Shown: positions 7,053-17,300 of the stretch, one piece after another
Layout: each line of letters begins with the position of its first letter
Position numbering within the stretch: the stretch's first letter is position 1
Assembly: GCA_965222235.1 (NCBI GenBank)
Contig: OZ244939.1
Span: 7,924 to 71,923 of the forward strand
Source of the DNA: Minisyncoccota bacterium
GTDB taxonomy: Bacteria; Patescibacteriota; Minisyncoccia; Phycocordibacterales; JABAAK01
Direction of reading: 5' to 3'
Length of the DNA: 64,000 nucleotides
The notes under the pieces: model-generated
Told to the model about the DNA's origin: nothing
Seen by the model: the letters and a program-made list of their open reading frames with translations, nothing else
Database searches by the model: none
Made by a program: the position numbers and the translations under genes

Positions 7053-8249
7053 ATGAAACAGGCAGGTTCTTTGTGGTGGATATCGGCGGGGGTGCTTCTG
7101 CTGTGCGTGCTGCCCGTCTCAGCCCAGATACGCATCACAGAAATCATGTACAACGCCGAAGGATCAGATGACGGCAGGGAATATGTGGAGATTATCAACA
7201 CCGGTCCCGCTGATGTGGCGGTGGATGACCTGTCTTTTGCCGAGCGGGGACGAAGACACGGCATCCTCTCGTCATCGGTCTCCGTTCTCGCCCCGGGAGA
7301 CATCGCCGTCATTGTCGCGGATCCTCCCGCCTTTGCCAGGGCATATCCCCCGGACGTGATTGTTCTCCACGGCGGTCTCTTCGTCCTCAACAACCGTGCC
7401 TCAACGGTCACCGTCGGCACCGACGGTACCGTACACACCGTTTCATACCGCTCAGGAAACGGCGGAGACGGAGACGGCTCTTCACTGCACATTGAGGACA
7501 ATGATGAGATATATGCCGCTGCACCGTCTCCCGGAGAGGTGCGGGATATATCAGTTGTTGCGGCCTCAGTTGAGACACCGTCGGAAGTTGAGACGCCGTC
7601 GGAATCGGCACCGGAGACAGCAGCCGTGCTTACCATCAATCCGGATCCGGTGTTTCGTGCTTCGGAGACAACCTTCTCCGTACGCATGGACGGTGTACCG
7701 ATCAACGGCTCCTGGAACTTCGGCGACGGCACCGCCATAACCGGGACCGAGGTCTCCCACACCTATCGCTATCCCGGCACCTATATCCTCACCGTTACCG
7801 ACAACAAAGCTGTCAGCATACAGATTGAGGTGCCGGTGCTCACACCGCAGCTGCAGGCGGTGCGAAAGGACACCGCGGCGGTGCAGGTCACCAACAACCA
7901 TGACTTCACCCTCAATGTCTCCGGCTGGCAATTGCTTGCCGGCACCAGAATCTACACCTTTCCTCCCCGTTCCTTCATCCTGCCCGGGAAAACCGTTACC
8001 GTGCCGTTCTCGGTGCCTCCTGATGCCTCCCTCATCGGTGTGACGGCGGGCGGGGGTGTGTTTTCAGGCTCCGAGGATCTGCCGTCTCCTGCCGCTTCGC
8101 GCGGGAACAGCACAACGGTAATCTTCCTCTGGCTCGGGGTCATTGCGGCGCTCCTCCTCCTCACGCTCCTATATGTATTTGTCGGTGCAACGAAGAAAGA
8201 GCGGGGGACAGAGAAAAAGAGGCGCTCCGCGAAGAAAAAGCGGGCGTAA
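7053..8249 (+). CDS. Surface protein with lamin-tail domain (LTD), PKD domain and a second LTD, plus a C-terminal tail anchor.
   Basis: Signal peptide. The LTD signature is ITEIMYNAEGSDDGREYVEIINTG. The PKD-like segment is SWNFGDGTAITGTEVSHTYRYPGTYILTVTD. A second LTD-like segment is VQVTNNHDFTLNVSGWQLL. The C-terminus has a hydrophobic helix followed by a KKERGTEKKRRSAKKKRA tail. Confidence 0.8.
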   Translation: MKQAGSLWWISAGVLLLCVLPVSAQIRITEIMYNAEGSDDGREYVEIINTGPADVAVDDLSFAERGRRHGILSSSVSVLAPGDIAVIVADPPAFARAYPPDVIVLHGGLFVLNNRASTVTVGTDGTVHTVSYRSGNGGDGDGSSLHIEDNDEIYAAAPSPGEVRDISVVAASVETPSEVETPSESAPETAAVLTINPDPVFRASETTFSVRMDGVPINGSWNFGDGTAITGTEVSHTYRYPGTYILTVTDNKAVSIQIEVPVLTPQLQAVRKDTAAVQVTNNHDFTLNVSGWQLLAGTRIYTFPPRSFILPGKTVTVPFSVPPDASLIGVTAGGGVFSGSEDLPSPAASRGNSTTVIFLWLGVIAALLLLTLLYVFVGATKKERGTEKKRRSAKKKRA

Positions 8250-8358
8250 TGGGGTCCGTCTCATTGTGGATAATCGGGGGTAGCGTTGTTGTGAGTGGTA
8301 TATACTGCATGGTAATGATGGTAATGGGAGGTATGTGTTATTTAGTTTAGTATTTTAA

Positions 8359-11300
8359 ATGATATATTATAGTATGAATATGTTTATGGGCTTTGTTGCT
8401 GGTGGTGTTCTCGGGTGGCGGCGTATCGCGGTTCTTGCTGCGTGTGTGCTGCTGTTCGGCTCGGCGACGATGCCCCAGCAGGCGCATGCGACGTTTTCCG
8501 TTTCAACGACGGACAACTCGTTTACACTTACTATAGACGGAACGGTGACCACCTGTACAAACAGCAGAGATTTTTTGGTCCATACATCCCTCAACCTTAA
8601 AGATTTGATGGTGGTGGAGGGTGATGAACTTACCTGTACCTACACCCATATTGACGATGATGCCGCTACTGCCGATGTTGATGAGAGTGCCGATGCCACG
8701 ACGATCTTTCTGGTTGGTGACGAATTTAACGATGTTGTTGTTGCACTTAGAACCAGTGCTTTTTCAGACGGGTCAGTCATTGCCAATGATGCAGATGCGA
8801 CCGCCCCCACCAATTCCCAGCATGACCTGGATATGTATGTTGTTAGTCGGGCACTTTCAAACACTATCGGTTTCGGTATGTCAGGCAGTGGCTATCTGGT
8901 GTTCGCTGAAAACATAAAAGGCACCACCACTCTCTATAATAATGATGGTATACCGACATCCGGGACAACAAATGTTGGCGGTGTAGGTACTGATACCGCT
9001 TTTCCAGCCCAGCATATTAAGGAAGATATTACCGCTGATACAACGTTTACTATAAAGGTTACTAAAGATACCGAAACAAATGAGCACGCAGACGAGCATT
9101 CTGTTAAGTTTGGTGTATATAATGCGTCTAACACGAGTGTGACTAATAATGATGGCAACGCCAGGGCAATACAACTCTATGTTAAGGAGGCGAGCGGCGT
9201 GCCGTCGCTCAGTGCGGTGGAGGATCAAATCCTTCAACCGAATGCATATCAGACTCTCCTCCCGCTTCCGGCGGCTTCCGGCGGTGAGGGCACGATTACG
9301 TACGCGGTCACCGGTCTGCCGACGGCTTTGTCGTTTAGCCCGACAACCAGAGAGATTAAAGGTACGCCGGCAGCGGAGGGAACTTCCACGGTGACCTACA
9401 CCGCAACAGACGAGTATGGTGCCGATACGGCTACAGAGAAGTTTGATATCATCGTCAGGGCCTTTACCCTGACAGTGGCCGATGCCGGCTATGCCACTGC
9501 CAGTCGGGATAAAACACTGACGGTGTCGGCATCCCACGGAACCCCACTCACCAATACGGTGTGGGGCCTCGTGAGCGCAGCCACCGACTGTGCCGCGGCG
9601 AATAACCCGACGCTCAGCAGCAGCTGGACATACACCGCCGCGCTGGGCGTCAGCACCGCGGTGGTAGTTGACACCGAAGACGCCAACACCAAGTACGCCT
9701 GTTTCAAAGCAACCTACTCAAGTGCGGACTACTATGCAGTGTCCGGTCAGATCGGAGGCATAGATCGCACGGATCCCGTCATCGGCACCATATCGCTGGT
9801 GGATACTGACGGGGGTGTAAACATTGATGATGTTGCTGCCGATACCGCGCTCATCACCGCACCCACCATTACCGAAACGAACCCTGACACCACGCTGTAT
9901 AAGGTGATCAGTGACTCTACCGATTGTTCAACCCTCGCCGCCGCATCATTTGTCGGAGGCGGGACCGTACCGACTACGGGTGATCTCTCCGGTGAAAATG
10001 ACGGTACGTATAAGATATGTGTACAGGCAACTGATGAGGCCGGCAACACCGCTGTTGCCGCGTCACCCTCATTCATCAAAGACACCACTCTGCCGACATT
10101 TGATACACAACCTGCGCTGACATCCGTGGTAAGCGACGGGTACCTGAACATAACGGAAGCACAAACATCCGCTGACCTCATCACCGCGCCGACCGCCAGT
10201 GATGCAGGAGGCACCGTCACACTCGCCTATGTGGCTTTGAGCGAAGGGGAGAGCTGTCCGTCAGATGCACAGACCGCATTTGCCGCCAATCCCACCGCCA
10301 TTCCGCAGGCAGATGACCTCACCGGTTTCACTGACGGCGGCTTTTATGTCTGCGTACGGGCGACGGACGGAGTGAACAACCATGCCTACACCCAATCACC
10401 AACGTTCATCAAAGACACCACGGCACCGACTTTGCCGGACGACGGCAGGCATTTCACCTTCTCCGACGCAGCAACGCCGAACTGGGTGACCGACACCATA
10501 GACAACGCCGAATGGTTGGGAGCGGGGGACACCGTGACCGCTTCCTTTACCTTCAGCGAGGCCATCAAGGATGATTCGTTCACCGCGTCGATAACGGTGC
10601 CGGGCACGAACACCGCTTCCCGCACCCTGTCATTCAGTAGGGTGAGCGGCTCTAATGCCGAGTTCACCGCCACCCATACCATCCTTGCCGGAGATACCGT
10701 TAACAGTGGCGACAGTATTGAATTTGCTGTTCCCAGCACGATCACGGATAGCGCGGGCAACCCAATTGTCGGAACGGAGGAGCGTACGGTATATACCGGA
10801 ACGGTGACGAGTGCGGCACTCATCGCGGGTGAAACAGCCTGGGGAGTTGTTTTAACAGTAACCCCCGGCTATTATCCGGTAGGGGGGTCCGTCACCCCCG
10901 CCACCTTCACGGTAGACGGCACAACATATACCCTGAGCGAACTGCACTATCAGAGTACTAATAACTCCCTTTCCCTTCGTATCACGGATGAAAACGGCAA
11001 TGTGGATGAGAAGACAGTCTTTGCTGGGTATGACGTTACCCTGCGCAAGGGGGCGGATACCTTCACCGCCGCTGTTAATGACGCGACCAGACCCGGTGAG
11101 TACCTGGGTCTTTCTGTAGACTATCAGGATGCTGCTGAAACGGCACTGTTGACGCGCATCTTCACCGTCGGCGAAGAGTTCACCGTCTCTCTCATCGGCA
11201 ATCTACCGGGAGATGCGCTTATTATCTCAGCAGACGCGGATACCGAACGGTACCGCGTGGACACGACGACGCCCGATGCACCGGGTCTGCCGGATCTGGA

Positions 11301-14300
11301 CGAGAACGATGACTCCTGCTACACCCGCGGAGGCAGCTTCTGCATCCACGGCACCAGGGATGATAACATCACCAACACCACCCCTGCCTCCATTACCGCC
11401 GGCAAAGAGAACTATGCCCGGGTATATTTCAAAAAAGACGGCACAAACATCAGTAGATCGGGAGAAGGTGTCTATGAAACACTCAACGATGATGCGACCG
11501 CCGGAGGAAGAGTAACATTCTCCCAGGGAGGCACCTTTGCTGTTACCGCCTACCAGCTGGACCGGGCGGGGAACCGGTCAGTTGATTCAGAGGCCCTGTC
11601 CCTAACGATTGACAACACCTCTCCGGCGAAGCCCTCCGCGCCCGATCTCGTCGGTGCAACCGACAGTGGGGTCAGTCCCAATGATGATTTAACGAACCAT
11701 ACAGCACCCAGGTTCACCGTCACGCACGGCGGTGCTGCCGGTGGCGACCTGTACGGGGATATATTCATCTCCGGGTCATCAGGCAGCTGCAGCAATGACC
11801 ATGCCGACGGCAGCACGCTCTCCGGCGATGAGCACACCTACACGTGGACCCGCAGCGAAACGGCCGACTGCTCCGGAGACGGACAGAAACAGATCAAGGC
11901 GCGCAGTGCCGATAAGGCGGGCAACACCGAAGACTCAGACAGTCACACTATACACATAGACACCACCACGCCCGAGACCACCTTCACTCTGAGGAGCGAT
12001 GACGACTCGGGATACAAAAACGACGACCGCATCACCAATGTTAATGAGCCCCGCCTCAACCTTGCGGGACTGGAGCACTCAGCAGACCCCGTCGCCGGCA
12101 CCGGCAGGGCAAAAGTTATCATCTACAACTGGAATGATCTCAATGCTGACGGCATCTTTTTACTCGCCGACGGTACACCCGATATCGGTGAGATTACCGA
12201 GGTGTACACTGTTTCGGATGTCACCGGCAGCACCATGGCGGACCAGCGGCTCAGCACCCTCACCGACGGTATTCGCGCACTCGTCACCAAACAGGAGGAC
12301 GACGCAGGGAATGTGACCTGGACGACACATTCACGCCTTGCGTACGACGATCAGACAGGTGTCAAGGGAGAGAATGTCATCATCATTGACACGAAAAACC
12401 CGAGAATACCGCACATACCGGATCTGAGCCCCAGGACCGACACCTACGGTGTCCACGCCAACTACGCCAGAACCGGTACCGACGACGATGACCTCACCAA
12501 AGTGCAGGACCTGCTGTTCTTTGCCAAGGCATCGCGGAGACATGTGGCAGAAAGTCTTGCCTCAGGAGGCACGGCGCCCTACCTGACAGGCGCGGCGCTC
12601 ATCAGGGAGCAACACTACGTTTATTTCGTTGAACGGTACGAGACAACCAGCGGCACCATAAATACTGAAACGAACGGGCGGCATATTATAATCAACGGCA
12701 GGGATGTCTCATATGCCAATCCGATGAGGCACGCCAACAGTCGGGTGGGCAGCAATGTCGTGCGCGGCGATGCCGTCACAAAATACGGCTTCGCCGATGC
12801 CGTCGGTGCGCTCGGCACGCACCGCTTCTCCGTGGCGGAGGGAGAGAAGCGGGAAGTCGGCATGGCGGCGCAGCAGGTTGATGCGGCGGGTAATATCTCC
12901 ACACCTACTTTCTCAAAGAGGGTCACCATTGACCGCCAACCGCCCGACAGAAACTCATTCGCGACCGACCTCATCCTCCACACCGCCTCAGACACCGGGG
13001 TCATAAAAGACCGCAGAACCGCCAATGTTACCCCCGTCTTCACCATGAAGTGGCCAACCGGCATCACACCTCCCGACGACATTGACTATTACGAAATCTC
13101 AAGAGCGCTGCTGGACGACACCTTTGAGACCAGCGAACCCTTCTCCTACCCCTCCTCAGCAACCACCTCCGATCAGGCATCCTTTAACTGGGTAGACCCG
13201 GAAGTGAGAGATTCCATCACCCCACTCAACATTGAAGCTCCCCTCCACACCTCCCTTGACACCTACACCGACGGCGTCGCCGTCAAGATTTTCAGACAAT
13301 TACAACCGCAGGTCAACAGACGCTATGCCTTCCGGCTCACCGCCGTTGACCTGGCAGGTAATGCGGTAACGGGTGTAGACCAGTCAAACCCGTACTTCAC
13401 CGTACCGCCTCCGACACCAACCGCCCCCGATCTCTCCGTTGCCGCTGACGCAGGCTCATCATCCTCAGACAACCTCACCAAGGCGACCTCCTGGGAGTTC
13501 TCCACCACCTACAAAAACATCTCCACAGAAGAACAGGAAGGACAGGCGGCACAGAACCTCAGAACCCTCAGGTTCAGAGTCACACCTCCGACCGACAGCT
13601 CTCTTACCCCCCGCGTCGCCTCCTTCACCCGACCGGAGGACAACACCGACGGCAACGGTTTCACCATCCCCGCAGACGAGGCGGACAACCGTGACGAAGA
13701 CGACATCACCTACACCGCCGCCTACTCTTTTAAAAACACTATCAACCTCATTGAACTCTTCGGCACCGAAGATCTCCCGCAGGGTGTCTACACCATCACC
13801 ATCAAGGGAGTCAACGCGTTCAACGAGGAGGGCAATGCCTCCCGGGAACTGCAGGTGACCCTGGACACGCTGCCGCCCCTCTTCACGGAGGACTTCACCC
13901 TCACCGCCGACCGATACTATACCGACACGACGGTCACGCACCGCTTCACACTCACGGGTGCCGGTGAGAACGGCACGGTCGTCACAGTACATCATGCAGG
14001 TGGTGACAAGACACTGACGGTCGCCGCCGGCACCGCTTCAGCCACCAGAGTCATTGTTGATGACGACGAGGACTTCAGCACCTACGAGGTGTCGTCGGTT
14101 GATCTGGCGGGCAACACGGTGGAGCGCACCGCCTACCCCGATGCGTCCAAGCCGCCGCGCGTCCTTCCGTACCGGGTTGAGGGACATAGGGGGGAGGCAG
14201 TATATACCGGAGTGGTGACGAGTGGACCTGGGGATGACGGAGACAGCGACAGATACCATGGTGTGATAACTGATCCGTCTTTCGTTTCTTTTGCAGGCGG

Positions 14301-17300
14301 AAGCGGTGCTGTCGGATCCGTTACACCTCAGACCTTTACGGTGGGCGGCACCGAGTATACACTTGATACGCTGGTATTGACACAATTTGACAAATTTATC
14401 ATGATCAGGATTAAGAGCAGCGGTACTGACATAGACGAGAAAACGGTCTTTGCCGGACACACGCTCGTGTTGACCAAGGGGGACGACACCGTCACACTGA
14501 ATGTTGATAATGGTTCTGTCCTGGGATCCTCTTTGAGCCCATTGCTACGACTTACCGCCACCGCTGCCGAAAAGACACGGCTACAGCGCATCACCGCCGC
14601 CGGCGGACAGTTCACCGCCTCTCTCATACCCTCCTCCCTATCAGATGCTCACCTCGTCACCGCCGTTTCACGCAACGACACCCCTGTTACCGAACCGTAT
14701 GCGGAATATGATGCCACCGGCAGCCTCTGTGAACCGGAGACAGGCACTGCCTACGTGCCCCGCAAGGTCATCTCGCACACCGGCAATCCGGATGCCTGTG
14801 TCATGGCGACTGACGGCTACGGCAACCGCTCCGCCGTGCATGTGAAGAATGAGGCAACCGATCTCATCACCGACAGCGGTGTGCTCACCGAAGACGATGC
14901 CGGCAGAAGCGAAACAGACAGTATCACCAACAATCCAAACCCCCGTTATGCGGGTATGACGCTGCCGGACTCAACCGTGCGGGTGCAGGGTAAACAGGCC
15001 GGTGAATCGTGGGATAACGCATATGAAGAGACCGTCACCACCGACGGGAACGGACAGTTCACCACTTCAAAAATATTGAGTTCACCGGTGGCTGCTTCTG
15101 AGACGTCAACGATATATACCGGGACGGTGACGAGTGAGCGGATGAGCGACGGCAACGACGCTTTTTTAGGCGTGGTAATAACCCCGTTTCCTGACGGAAA
15201 CAACCCATCCGGCGGATCCATTACCCCGTCAACCTTCACGGTGGACGGTACCACCTATGAAATTGACCGGTTGAGGACACGAAATACTCCCGGTGAAAAA
15301 GGAACAAGAATATACTTGCGCATAACAAGCGGCGGCACTCATGTTAATAACCCGGGAGTACTCTTTTCCGGATACGAAGTGCGGGTGAGTAAGGGGGCGG
15401 ACACCGTTACCTTGGCTGTTGATGACAGATTAAGTCTCACCACATCAGTGATAATATGGGACCTCAGTGGTACCGTCCCTGAACAGATTCAGCGCATTTT
15501 TGCTGAAGGGGGGACATTCACCGCCTCCATCATAGCCCCGCCGCAGGAACCAACCGCTGTTGATCTCCGCGGATACATCACCAACACTGCACTGGGCGAC
15601 AGTGAATTGAGTACACCGGTCAGCATGACACAGGTGACGGTTGATGTGAGCAATCCGACGACAGCATTTGTGCTGAAGACACCGACCGGCACCCCCGGCA
15701 ATGTTGAAGAGCCAGTCTTCACGATGAGTACGGAAACAAACGCTCTCATCGGTCTTTACACCGACAATACCTGCTCCGTTGAGGCAGGCACCGAGGTGAC
15801 ACTGGGGTCATCTGACACAGCAACGGACATCACCGCACACACCCTTGACACCGACGGGGCATATACATTCTACGGCAGTGCGGAAGACACCGCAGGCAAC
15901 AGAGTCTGCTCCGAGGCGGTACCCTACACGCTGGACACCGAAGCACCGACCATCATCATCATTAAGTCAGGATCTGACTACCGTGCAGTCGCTGATGAGG
16001 CCGCCACCGCTCTGTGGGCGGACAACACCGCACAGGCATCCTGCTCAACCGGCACAACCGGCACCGCCTACACCCCGGGCACGGGTGCTACACCAGCCGA
16101 TACCGCAATCGGCATCTGTTTCATCTTCACTGACGAGGCGGGGAACAGGGCGGCGAAACACACCGAAGACGCCATTGAAACGGCGGGAGGCCTCCGATTC
16201 ACCGACGGCACCTCAGACGGTATGAACCACATTGTCCGTTCAGGCTCCCGCGCACTCACCGCTCAGTCAGCACCGGAAGCCGAGATCGCCTTCTACCTCG
16301 TTGAAAGCACGGTTGACGCAGACAGCGACGGTCAGTTAAGTGACACGGAACGTGAAGGAATCACCCCCCTGACAACAATAGCCGACGGGACCGGTACACT
16401 CAGCACCACACTCTCCGTCCCCGAAACAACCGACGATCTCCACCTCTACGCATCCATAGACATTGACCGCTCCGGCACACACGGCTCAGTAGTCAAGATC
16501 GGCACGGTGACGGTTGACGACACCGCCCCGGCACTCATCGGCACCCTCATGCTCACCTCAGGCAACACCAACCCGGCATATGCCACAGAAGGAGACACAC
16601 TCACCCTCGGTGCTCTCACCGCAAGCGAAACACTCACAGACATCACCCTCACCTTCGCCGGTGAATCATTTACAAACTGCATGACCGATACAGACAACGC
16701 ACTGAGCTGTGATATTCTGACCCTGACTGACACCGCTGAGGAGGGAACCGGCACCCTGTCCTTTTCCGCGACCGACAGAGCAGGCAACCCCATCACCATT
16801 GAGACCACCCTGGTAGTGCAGGGAAGGGAGACAATATATACCGGGACGGTGACGAGTGCGGCACTCATCGCGGGTGAAGTAGCCTGGGGAGTTGTTTTAA
16901 CAGCAAACCCCGTCGTCGGTTATCCGGTAGGGGGGTCCGTCATCCCCACCACCTTCACGGTAAAAGACACAACGTATACCCTGAACAAACTGCACTATCA
17001 AGGTACTAATGACTCCCTGGACTTTGCGATCACGGATGAAAACGGCAACAACGTGGAGGAGACGGCAGTCCTTGCGGGGTATGACGTTACCCTGCGCAAG
17101 GGGGCGGATACCTTCACCACCGCTATTGATGACGGGTATCAATATTCTTCCCCTCATGAGACTGCGAGTCTTTCTGTAGACTATCTGGATGCTGTTGAAA
17201 AGGCACTGTTGTTGCGCATCTTCACCGTCGGCGAAGAGTTCACCGTCTCTCTCAGCGGTCCTGTGACGAACACACCCATCACCGTAGACCGTACAGCTCC

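Noticed and set aside
6965-7762. 265-aa minus-strand ORF antisense to the LTD-PKD gene. The same applies to 7360..7740+, 7566..7931- and 16897..17487-, and to other long ORFs antisense to the giant genes.
   Set aside because: High-GC coding regions generate long stop-free antisense frames. The products are Ser/Pro/Arg-rich with no domain content, whereas the sense frames show clear LTD/PKD/Ig motifs.
8367-9537. Several minus-strand ORFs (8367..8594, 8881..9537 and others) within the 5' part of giant gene 1.
   Set aside because: They are antisense to a gene with clear signal peptide and Ig-like domain content and have no motifs of their own.
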